A stretch of DNA of 64,000 bases from an uncultured Gemmatimonadales bacterium (lineage in GTDB: Bacteria; Gemmatimonadota; Gemmatimonadetes; Gemmatimonadales; Gemmatimonadaceae): contig CAVPQB010000002.1 in NCBI GenBank assembly GCA_963707505.1, positions 96,001 to 160,000 of the forward strand. Reading direction: 5' to 3'. The notes under the pieces were generated by a model, which searched no databases, had not been told where the DNA came from, and saw nothing but the letters and a program-made list of their open reading frames with translations. The position numbers and the translations under genes were made by a program. The stretch's first letter is position 1. Every line of letters starts with the position of its first letter. Shown piece by piece: positions 8,972-17,492 of this stretch.

Positions 8972-10808
8972 TGAGCACACGCCGGAGTCCCAAGAATAGA
9001 CCATTTTCTTCCACGCGCTCAAATACCACAAGCTCAGATGCATCCGACTCTGACTGCACAAGCTCTACCAGATGCTGCAGTGCGGATGATGCCAATATCC
9101 ACACTTCATCACCGCGCGCTGGGAATACCGGATGCCAGCAACCGACACCTTCGCGAGGCCACTCTGCGTCGCGAAACCGCTCTGCTTGTCGATCGAGCCA
9201 TGGGCGTAACGCAGTCAACATATCCTCCATTGGAAATGATTCGCCAATAGAAAAGAACGAAAACCCTGCCCATGCGAATAGTCCAAGCGAAATTGAGACA
9301 AATATCTTCGGGCTGTTCCACCGGTACGTAGACAGCGCATGAGCGACCGCATTCTCGCCTGTGGCATCAATAACGATGTCCGCCGTGCGCAACGACGCAT
9401 GGGATAGCTCGTCATCTGGTGGGAATGCCTGAGTGATTGCACGGACTTCAGTACTGGCTGATATTGCGTTGAGTCGATTCGCAAGCGCTGCGGCCTTAAA
9501 GCTGCCTACGTCCGACAGCGTGAGCGTATGGCGGACGAGATTTCCCGCCATTACGAGGTCGTGATCGTATACGGTCAGGCGACGCAACCCACCGCGCACC
9601 AGCATATCTCCTATAGCCGACCCAAGCGCACCAGCACCGATCAAGACCACCTCTGCGTCGGTCAGTACTTCAGGAAGCTGCCCGCGTGCGGCCACTGTAT
9701 CCGCATGCCAATTTTCGGAATGGAGCCATGTTAGCGAACATTCGTCACGGAAGGCCGCCAATCGGGTCACGTCGGTGGGGCGTGCTCGTCCGGGTCTGAA
9801 CCCAGGCGATGACATACCTGTTTCGATAGGAATCTCAGGTAGTTGTAGCGCCTGCCAGAACATGTTCCTCGCCGCGCCATCCACCACTGCCGGAATCGGG
9901 AAGCCAACCAAGAGGCGCGACGCACCGCCAAAGCGTGTGCGCTCCAGAAGCCGCTGCAGCGCCTCGTCTAGATTGATATCTTGCTCGGCTGCTGCTCGGC
10001 GAAGTTCACCCCAAGTCATCGGAGCCTTCCACGGCTCGATGTGCGGGGTTCCATTGAACCGAAGCCACAATCCATCTTCGGACGGACGCTCAGGATCGTT
10101 GATATAAGTACCCCAACGTGGCGCGTACACCTCGCGGCCTCCCGGATCGTGGAAGCTTGTCGCGACCAGCACCGGTGGCCGCTGCCGAAGCCGCACTAGT
10201 CTGACCACACCATAGCGGGCCTTCTCACCATCCCATGTCTCCAGCGAATCGACGTTCTCGCCGAACGCGACGAGCGGCTTCGGTAACGAGCCGAAGTCCG
10301 GGAGCTCGAATGGGTCACCGGGCCGAACGAGCTCGCCACACGCCGCCACTTCAAGCCATCGGCGTGTTCGCTCCAGCCGCCAACGTAGGCGCCCGGCGAC
10401 TGAAAATGGTTCCCGGCCGACGCCTTGGCGGCCCAAGGCACGTACGCCTGTGTCGACGCAGATTCGCCCAGTTCGCCAAGGGCGACCGACGTTGGCTGGA
10501 CGGTTCAAAAGCTGGTGCGGAAATGTGGCTTCGACACTGTTCCGCATGGCCGGCTGGAGATGGATGTAACCCCACGGATATGTGGCTTCGACAAGCACCA
10601 CCCAGTCGCTTCGCTTGGGCACACCGTGCCCTTCAGTAGGAATGGTGAATCGACAGCGTATCGTCCAGCAGCGCTCGACAGTGTTCCATTGCCACGCATC
10701 GAGCACATCGACGCCATCGAGCACATCGAGTGCGTCACGCGCATCGTTGAGTGCTTGCGAAGGTACAGGCGCTGCTAACTCGGGCGACAGCCGGCGCCTT
10801 AACCCCAT
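8964..10808 (-). CDS. cap2: CBASS Cap2 E2-E1 (ThiF) ubiquitin-transferase-like enzyme
   Basis: N-terminal E2-like domain (TFPHQ...GRIC). ThiF nucleotide motif LIGAGALGS, NLVRH, IDATG and E1 Cys in GCWHPVFPAR. Confidence 0.92.
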   Translation of the reverse strand: MGLRRRLSPELAAPVPSQALNDARDALDVLDGVDVLDAWQWNTVERCWTIRCRFTIPTEGHGVPKRSDWVVLVEATYPWGYIHLQPAMRNSVEATFPHQLLNRPANVGRPWRTGRICVDTGVRALGRQGVGREPFSVAGRLRWRLERTRRWLEVAACGELVRPGDPFELPDFGSLPKPLVAFGENVDSLETWDGEKARYGVVRLVRLRQRPPVLVATSFHDPGGREVYAPRWGTYINDPERPSEDGLWLRFNGTPHIEPWKAPMTWGELRRAAAEQDINLDEALQRLLERTRFGGASRLLVGFPIPAVVDGAARNMFWQALQLPEIPIETGMSSPGFRPGRARPTDVTRLAAFRDECSLTWLHSENWHADTVAARGQLPEVLTDAEVVLIGAGALGSAIGDMLVRGGLRRLTVYDHDLVMAGNLVRHTLTLSDVGSFKAAALANRLNAISASTEVRAITQAFPPDDELSHASLRTADIVIDATGENAVAHALSTYRWNSPKIFVSISLGLFAWAGFSFFSIGESFPMEDMLTALRPWLDRQAERFRDAEWPREGVGCWHPVFPARGDEVWILASSALQHLVELVQSESDASELVVFERVEENGLFLGLRRVLSV

Positions 10809-11923
10809 CGCTCTCCAGACGTTGGGATGATCGTCGGTCCGCCCCGTGGAGAATACCCGCCATCGTCACCTCCTTCGTTATTCCCACCGCGCGCAGGTCC
10901 AAGTGGAAATGTCGTGCCGAAGAGTTTCTGCCAAAGCTGCGTCGCCGTCTCGCGAGAGTCGCTATCGAATGCCTGCCTAGCGATGGATGCGGCTGGCTCG
11001 ATCTTCTCATAAAACACCTTAAAGTCGGCGGGAGTAAGACGATGAAGAACATTGTGAGCTGGCACCCCATGATCCGAAACAACGGGAGTGCGCTCGAGCG
11101 CGACATCAATCTTATATCGGCGCACCATCTCTTCGAGCGCTAACGTCACGCCTTCTGCAACGCTCGAAATGCTGTTCGGACAGCAGACGCCGATCAGATG
11201 TTCGACCGGATATCCCTTGGGATATTTCGGTTCTGGATTGATCCGTCTCCACCACTTAACCGCTTTCACCACGTTCACGTAGTGCTTGCTACATGCCCGG
11301 TTTTTATCCCAGGTGAACCTAATCTGCTCCAGCGGATTCGTATCGTCCCATTCCTTGGCATCGCGATCAGGAATGCGGAGCGGGTCGAGTTTCCACTGTG
11401 GGGTCTGCCCTGCGCGCTGTAGGCGATTAGCACGCATCGCGCTCGGTACCCACTCCAGCGACGGTTGCCAATCTTCCTCGTCTAGCGCCGCTTCAGAACG
11501 AATGCTTTCGGCGCGGAGTGCTTTGGCGAGTATCTCAGACGGAGCTGACGTCACCACAACGTCAAGGCTCACTTGGGACATCGTAATGCCAATCGAGCGG
11601 CCTTGGAATTCCCATTTCCCCGCATAATGCGTGTTAAGAAAAGGAACGAAGACATTCATCGCCTGTTGTGGCGTGTACTCGGCCTCAGACAGGGTGGTGA
11701 CAACGACGATGTCCACGTCAGCACGGTTGTCGTTCTTGGGCCGCGTCGCCGTTTTGCGTCGGTAGCTGCCTTGCAGAAAATCGCCGATGATGACGCCTTT
11801 CATCGTTGCATGGCTGTTGAGACGCTCCCGTAATAACCGGTGGGCATCTCGCAGTTCGGCTTCTTGACTTGTCGTCAGCCGAATATCTGCGAGGAACTTG
11901 TCAAACTGAGATTTTAGATCCAC
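10799..11923 (-). CDS. cdnD: cGAS/DncV-like nucleotidyltransferase (CD-NTase, clade D, CdnD-like)
   Basis: FLQGSYRRKTATRP, DVDIVVV, KWEFQGRSIGI, PKYPKGYPVEHLIG, SDHGV, LWQKLFG all recall E. cloacae CdnD. Gly-rich tail ending in Gly. Confidence 0.93.
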   Translation of the reverse strand: MDLKSQFDKFLADIRLTTSQEAELRDAHRLLRERLNSHATMKGVIIGDFLQGSYRRKTATRPKNDNRADVDIVVVTTLSEAEYTPQQAMNVFVPFLNTHYAGKWEFQGRSIGITMSQVSLDVVVTSAPSEILAKALRAESIRSEAALDEEDWQPSLEWVPSAMRANRLQRAGQTPQWKLDPLRIPDRDAKEWDDTNPLEQIRFTWDKNRACSKHYVNVVKAVKWWRRINPEPKYPKGYPVEHLIGVCCPNSISSVAEGVTLALEEMVRRYKIDVALERTPVVSDHGVPAHNVLHRLTPADFKVFYEKIEPAASIARQAFDSDSRETATQLWQKLFGTTFPLGPARGGNNEGGDDGGYSPRGGPTIIPTSGERWG

Positions 11924-13487
11924 GACTAGGTACCCCTCCAGAAATCGTGGTTAATGGAAACGGTAGAGACACAGAAGGTGTATACGCCGTGGGCTGAGTC
12001 CGATCGAAGTCGTGCTCATACATTATGCAGCGCCCCCAAACACGCGCGACCTGGCCCAAAAAGAACATCAGTCCGTTGGGGGCCGCGCCAAAGACGTGCA
12101 CTACTGCGTTGCGCGGACGTTGCTGTTGCGCTGCTGCAACTATCTCAGCCGCGTCGTCAGCCAAGCGACGCGCGTGCGCTGCATCGCGAATCGATCCGCT
12201 GCCAGTACCACTACACGGATTTAATTCAATGATTTGTCCAACGGCTGGCAGATGCTCGCGAATGAACAATTCGGCCTCGGCGATCGCCGCCCGCGACACG
12301 CTCAGGACGACCGCGACATCGGGTGCGCCGGTAAGTTCGATAACACGCTGTGTCCAGACATGCTCGTCATGGCATGGGGGGCCGTCGGCAAGACACCATG
12401 TCGTGCGCCCGTTCACACCGCGTTGGACCGGGTTAGCAACGACACCCGTCTTCGGATCGAGGCACCACCCTGCGGTGAATGCAACGGACAAGTGCGTATC
12501 CAGATGCAGGTCGACCGCTTCCGCACCGTTTATCGCATCTTGGAGGTAGTCCCGCACCGCTGGTGCCAACTGTTTGTTCCAAAGCGATGCGTCGCGGATA
12601 TTCCGACCATCAAAATGCGGCAAGAGACACAGAATGCGCTCTGTTTCGTCGTCCATGTTTTCCGCCCAACGCCGAAAGCTCCGAATCCCGATCTGACGAC
12701 CTGCCTCTCGCGCTGTCGCAGGTCGCGGCTGATGTAAGCCTTCTCGGGCAATCACCTCGGCAAGTTGGTCGCGTGTAAACTGACGCTGTCCTGTCTGCAT
12801 CAATTTTCCCGGCAACCCATCGTACAGATTGGCCACTTTCCCATCAGGATATGGCTTCATCCCAGCGTTGATCAGTAGCGGATTCAAGTACCTGAGCAGT
12901 CCGTCGAGCGGTGGATGGCTCGTCCGAATACGCAATGTCCGAAGCACCAGAAACAGCTCCTCGTCAGTACTAAGACCGAGGTGGGACCGCCACATGGCGC
13001 GCGTGCGTCCCATCTTGCTCTTTGGGCCACCGGCTGCCAATCGGTCAAGGCGCAGGGACTCGTTTGCGTTGCTGTAGAGTTCTCCCAAGACGTCGTCGTG
13101 GGCAATCGGCCACGGTGCAAGGATGATGAACCTCGCCTCGCGGCCGGTAGGCGCGTGCCGCCGCTGGGCGTCGCGGAGCCGTTGCAGGAGCGAAACCATC
13201 TCAGCTCCGATAAAGGCTGGGTCGGTCAGGGCTGCTGCAGTGAACGCGCCATCCTGGGCGACGTGAAACTTGACCTGGAAGTAGTCCGCACGGACGTCGG
13301 GGTCCGTCCCGTCACGGTGCATACCACCATAGAACACCGCGACGTCGTCAAAGACACGTATCCCATCGACTTCAAATCCCACGGCCGTGACAATGGGGTT
13401 GTCCTGGAATAATCGGGTCGCCTCCGTCCAAAAGACTCGGGCTTGATATTCGTCGCCTTGGAGACGCGGAACGATTGCGTTCGCCAT
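11901..13487 (-). CDS. cap4: CBASS Cap4 effector: restriction-like endonuclease plus SAVED sensor
   Basis: GDEYQARVFW, FDD...ADYFQVK nuclease motif. SAVED motifs HLSVAFTAG, VAVVLSVSR, HVFGAAPNGLMFFLGQ. Confidence 0.9.
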   Translation of the reverse strand: MANAIVPRLQGDEYQARVFWTEATRLFQDNPIVTAVGFEVDGIRVFDDVAVFYGGMHRDGTDPDVRADYFQVKFHVAQDGAFTAAALTDPAFIGAEMVSLLQRLRDAQRRHAPTGREARFIILAPWPIAHDDVLGELYSNANESLRLDRLAAGGPKSKMGRTRAMWRSHLGLSTDEELFLVLRTLRIRTSHPPLDGLLRYLNPLLINAGMKPYPDGKVANLYDGLPGKLMQTGQRQFTRDQLAEVIAREGLHQPRPATAREAGRQIGIRSFRRWAENMDDETERILCLLPHFDGRNIRDASLWNKQLAPAVRDYLQDAINGAEAVDLHLDTHLSVAFTAGWCLDPKTGVVANPVQRGVNGRTTWCLADGPPCHDEHVWTQRVIELTGAPDVAVVLSVSRAAIAEAELFIREHLPAVGQIIELNPCSGTGSGSIRDAAHARRLADDAAEIVAAAQQQRPRNAVVHVFGAAPNGLMFFLGQVARVWGRCIMYEHDFDRTQPTAYTPSVSLPFPLTTISGGVPSRGSKISV

Positions 13488-13900
13488 GTCAGAGATGACG
13501 GCTGGGGAAACTGAGCTACTGCGGTTGACACTGGGTATCGATAATATACCGAAAAAAACCCGGCACTACCTCCTTATGAATCCGTGTTAGGCCCTCGCTG
13601 CCTCACCGCACAATTAGGAAGGTCTGGTCTCTTCTAATCGGCGCCATGGTGGTGCCTTTCGATTTTTGTGAGGAACCAGCCTGCAGCAACCGGGGGCAAC
13701 CTGCCTTAATTGGCGTGCCGATCCAGGGGGCCCGTTAGCCGCCCCGACGCATGGCTAGACTGTCTAGAGAGCTACAGGGTCGTCGACGTACCCGTCCCAC
13801 ATATCCCGGCAGCTTGGCGTCTGGATTGTGTCCTCAACCTAGGGAAAACGTCCCAAAAAGGCGCGCAAATGGCCTGTGACGGAGCTAGTGACCTAGTGAT

Positions 13901-13934
13901 AATATTCACACATATTTATACTTCAGTGAATATT
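13901..13934. promoter_or_regulatory. AT-rich inverted repeat (operator-like) upstream of the Fic gene
   Basis: AATATTCAC-N16-GTGAATATT, with several further AGTGA copies between ~13885 and 14030. Confidence 0.45.
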
Positions 13935-14049
13935 TTTCGCAACTAGTGAATAAAGTGGGCTTATTTTTTTGCCTATCCACCTTGCATTCTCCTTGAGTGA
14001 CTAATTGTCTAATAAAGAATTAAAAAGTGAAGGAATTTCACGGAGCGTG

Positions 14050-15951
14050 ATGTCTTTTCACGGACGGCCACTCCATGAGCCTGCCTCGCCTGTCGGCTAC
14101 GCCGGGCTCATTCGCCTGTATGACCTCCAGCTCCCTCTGCCGCCCAGACTAGCGGCCGTAGCGGAGCGGCACCATCCACGGTCAAGCCCAGAATGGCTGC
14201 TGGTTACCCCCCGACACAGGCCCGAGGAGACACTGGCAGGACAGTTGGAGTTTGCGCTCAAGTGGGAGGGCGTTGATCTCGGCGTAATCAACGCTCTGGC
14301 CAAGATTGTCCCGCCGGCAGAATTTGAGACACTCATCCAAGCAACGCCGACCGGCAGCTACGCACGGAGGATTTGGTTCTTGTACGAGTGGCTCACCGGT
14401 CAAACACTGGCACTTCCGAATGCGGGGAAGGTCCGTGCGGCGCCAGTGCTAAACCCGACTCAGCAGTTTGCCCTTTCGAAGGGGGCCATGTCGACACGCC
14501 ACCGCGTCATCGACAACCTTCCTGGTACGCGTGCGTTCAGCCCACTCGTACGCAGGACTCCGGCCCTCAATACAGTTGCCGCAAAACAGTTAAACCGCCG
14601 AGCTCGCGAAGTACTGGGCCGCACGCATGGCGACGTCATTGCGAGAGCTGCGGCATTTCTGCTCCTGAGCGATAGCCGCTCCTCGTTCGACATCGAAGGC
14701 GAGCGTCCTTCGCGCCAGAGGACTGCGCGCTGGGCGCAGGCGATCGGGCAAGCGGGCGCTCGACCGTTGAGTCTCGATGAACTCGAACGCCTCCAGCAAA
14801 TCGTCATTGGCGATGCCCGCTTCGTCCATCTCGGACTGAGGGAAGACGGCGGTTTTGTTGGCGATCGTGACCGCCTCACCCAGGAGCCATTACCCGAGCA
14901 CATAAGTGCACGCGCCAAAGACCTCCGAGACCTACTCACCGGGGTCGTCGACTATGTGTCCCGAGCCGTTGCAGGAGGTCTCGACCCTGTAGTTGCAGCA
15001 GCAACCGCGGCGTTCGGCTTTGTGTACATCCATCCATTCGAAGACGGCAATGGTCGACTACACAGATGGTTGATCCATCATGCGTTGGCGATCGCCGGCT
15101 ATAACCCGCCCGGCGTCGTCTTTCCGGTAAGCGCAGCAATACTTCGTGAGCTTGATACCTACAAGCGCGTGCTCGAATCGTACTCCAAGCCGCTACTTCC
15201 ATACATCAATTGGGAACCCACCGAACGCGGCAACGTGAACGTGCTGAACGAGACGGCTCAATATTACCGATACTTCGATGCCACCGCGCATGCCGAGTTT
15301 CTGTATCAGTGTGTCGCTACGACGGTGGAGCGGGACCTTCCAGACGAAGTTGCGTATCTCGAAGGCTATGATCGATTCGCGGCACGAGTACAGCTGATTG
15401 TAGACTTGCCAGCTCGCATGGTCGAGCTACTGCATGGCTTCCTGCAACAGGGACACGGTCATTTTTCCAAACGGGCGAGGGAGAAGGAGTTCGCAGCACT
15501 TACGGAAGAAGAAGTCAGAAGCATCGAGCAACTCTACGCGGACTGCTTCACGCGCGAGCCCGCATCAAACACTCCAGTAACTCAGGAGAACAACGCTGCG
15601 GCTGCATCCTCGCCGCCCTCTGCGGCTGTGCTCTCCCCACTCCCAATATCGTTGCAACGGGGGCAACTGGTCGCCATCGCACGGCAACTTGTCACTCCAG
15701 TCGACATTCCAGCGCTAATAGCGGAAGGAATTATCGCGAAAGCGCGCGGCGCATGGTACGAAGTGATCGATGGGAAACGGTTGCCAGAACACGTCACCGC
15801 GCAAATTCACGAGTTCCGATTAGAAGTCGGAGAACAAGGGCAGCAACGTCAATTCGTGAAGATCCCACCGGTTCGTAAAAAAGCCGTGCGCCTGTATCGA
15901 GAACTCACGGGAGAAGACGCGCCCATCGTTCCCGAGGAACCGCGCACATAA
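14050..15951 (+). CDS. Fic/DOC family protein (class II-like) with C-terminal extension
   Basis: Canonical HPFEDGNGRLHR and upstream inhibitory-type motif SFDIEG. Start uncertain (14005-14050). Confidence 0.88.
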   Translation: MSFHGRPLHEPASPVGYAGLIRLYDLQLPLPPRLAAVAERHHPRSSPEWLLVTPRHRPEETLAGQLEFALKWEGVDLGVINALAKIVPPAEFETLIQATPTGSYARRIWFLYEWLTGQTLALPNAGKVRAAPVLNPTQQFALSKGAMSTRHRVIDNLPGTRAFSPLVRRTPALNTVAAKQLNRRAREVLGRTHGDVIARAAAFLLLSDSRSSFDIEGERPSRQRTARWAQAIGQAGARPLSLDELERLQQIVIGDARFVHLGLREDGGFVGDRDRLTQEPLPEHISARAKDLRDLLTGVVDYVSRAVAGGLDPVVAAATAAFGFVYIHPFEDGNGRLHRWLIHHALAIAGYNPPGVVFPVSAAILRELDTYKRVLESYSKPLLPYINWEPTERGNVNVLNETAQYYRYFDATAHAEFLYQCVATTVERDLPDEVAYLEGYDRFAARVQLIVDLPARMVELLHGFLQQGHGHFSKRAREKEFAALTEEEVRSIEQLYADCFTREPASNTPVTQENNAAAASSPPSAAVLSPLPISLQRGQLVAIARQLVTPVDIPALIAEGIIAKARGAWYEVIDGKRLPEHVTAQIHEFRLEVGEQGQQRQFVKIPPVRKKAVRLYRELTGEDAPIVPEEPRT

Positions 15952-16173
15952 ATTCGCATTGACACGACGAATTCGGTGCTCGGCCGATTATGTGCGCGAC
16001 ACGAGTGGAGTATGTAGCGAGTCACAATGCGGACCGCCCTATCAACCCGAGACCGCGCCCTTGCAGGACCGCACCCGCGCGCGACAGAGTGAAATACGCT
16101 TAGTCGTTTGCGAAGCCGAGCGTAAACTCAGATAGCTATGCCACGTAGTCGGTGTTAGCACTTCCCCGCCCAC

Positions 16174-16219
16174 GCTTCGGGGAGCAAGAGGTCGCCGGTT
16201 CAAATCCGGCCACCCGACT
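16174..16219 (+). repeat. 3' half of tRNA-Pro (att-like duplicated fragment)
   Basis: GCTTCGGGGAGCAAGAGGTCGCCGGTTCAAATCCGGCCACCCGACT contains the anticodon loop, T-arm and acceptor 3' strand. No D-arm or acceptor 5' strand upstream. Confidence 0.75.
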
Positions 16220-16541
16220 GTGTAAGATGAAGCCTCACGGCGCGCTGCCCGAGCCGTTCAGCAACTATTCAACCTTCCTTACGCTGTCTCAGGATTCGAG
16301 GACACCGGCGCCCGAGCTTCAAGGGGCCAGTCATCCGCATTGAAGCCGTACGATGATTATCTCACGGCCGGGCCTCGCATCTATTCGGTCGGAGACGCGA
16401 CGCGCGTCGGATGTCAGACGCATTCACGGCGAGGGGAGAGGGGTTAAGGGAAACCATGGCTTCGTACCCTGTTTTGTACCCAATCCCATCGCACAACAAT
16501 GGCACTGCGCTCTAAATTGGCTTCCCGCAACCACTTACCAG

Positions 16542-16613
16542 AGGCACCGGTCAGAATCGAACTGACGAATAGGAGATTTGCAGTCTCCCGCCTTACCACT
16601 TGGCCACGGTGCC
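16542..16613 (-). tRNA. tRNA-Cys (GCA)
   Basis: Reverse complement GGCACCGTGGCCAAGTGGTAAGGCGGGAGACTGCAAATCTCCTATTCGTCAGTTCGATTCTGACCGGTGCCT folds as a cloverleaf with U73 discriminator. CCA not encoded. Confidence 0.96.
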
Positions 16614-16681
16614 GTTAACTGCTAACGGTCAGTCCACAAACCTAACCGCCTCACCGCCTCCTTCCCACCCCATTCGCGTCG

Positions 16682-17368
16682 TCACTCACCCATGAGCTGG
16701 CGCAGCGTCGCCAGGTTCAGCGAGTGCCCACCGTTGAAGGCGTGCATCGCGTATGGTACCCCACTGCTCTCGAGAACTGCCCGCTGCTCTTCCACGGCAT
16801 CCTCGCCGATGAACCTGTCCCGCGTCCCGTACACCATGTCGATGGTGAGACGCGGCCTTCGCTCGGCGAGCGCGCGCAGGTTCACGTCCTGAGGGATGGC
16901 ATGGGCCCACGGAACCAGGTTGTCGATCACCGCCGACCCGCGTGCGGCCCACCTCGAAACCGCCGGCCCGCCCTGCGAGAAGCCCAGCGCATGCACCCGG
17001 ATCCGGTCCCGATCGACGCCATGGCTGGCCAGCTCCTCCAGGATCCGCTCATACAGCTTGTCCAGATAGTTGACAATGTCAACTATCTCCGTCTCCCTGT
17101 CCTCGCGGGTCAGCCACAGCGCCCCGACCTTGCTGGCGCCTGAATGGCCAGGTCTCGTATCGAGGTAGAACTTGGACAGGCCCTCGGGGACCACGATCAG
17201 TCTCGAATCGGCTTCCAGAGGCTGGAAAGGAACGGCAAAATCGGCCGCCAGCTGACTGAAGCCGTGCAGAACTACCCACAGATCCCGGACGAGAGGGTTC
17301 GGCGTGCCGATCTGGTAGTAGCGAGCGGTCTTTACGACCGGAAAGTGGATGGGTATGAGTGGTTGCAT
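16682..17368 (-). CDS. Phospholipase/carboxylesterase-type alpha/beta hydrolase
   Basis: LHGFSQ, GFSQGG nucleophile, GTRD, GGH. Confidence 0.85.
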   Translation of the reverse strand: MQPLIPIHFPVVKTARYYQIGTPNPLVRDLWVVLHGFSQLAADFAVPFQPLEADSRLIVVPEGLSKFYLDTRPGHSGASKVGALWLTREDRETEIVDIVNYLDKLYERILEELASHGVDRDRIRVHALGFSQGGPAVSRWAARGSAVIDNLVPWAHAIPQDVNLRALAERRPRLTIDMVYGTRDRFIGEDAVEEQRAVLESSGVPYAMHAFNGGHSLNLATLRQLMGE

Positions 17369-17492
17369 GTGACGTTGGTCGGTTAGGCCCAATTATAGCG
17401 TTATCCCCGCCTCTGAGGCTGGCCAACCCGGGACATGTCGGGCGCACCGGCCAGCGGGAATTCCTTCGCCCGCCAATTCTACTCAATCCGAC

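Larger units (their letters stand above)
1..16219. mobile_element. Genomic (defence) island, right portion
   Basis: Visibly lower GC and atypical codon usage, defence cargo, pseudogene, and a right end at a 3' tRNA-Pro fragment. No integrase in the window. Confidence 0.65.

Noticed and set aside
8972..9061. N-terminal extension of Cap3 overlapping cap2
   Set aside because: A GTG at 8971 overlapping the cap2 stop gives a typical JAB length.
13525..13550. TTGACA plus GATAAT as a sigma-70 promoter, and GGTAT-N7-ATACC as a CBASS operator
   Set aside because: The -35/-10 spacing is far too short and on the strand opposite CBASS. The palindrome arms are only 5 bp.
16140..16219. Intact tRNA-Pro gene
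   Set aside because: The 5' acceptor strand and D-arm are missing, so it is treated as an att fragment.
1..16219. Prophage or integrase-bearing ICE
   Set aside because: No integrase, structural phage or conjugation genes are visible within the window.
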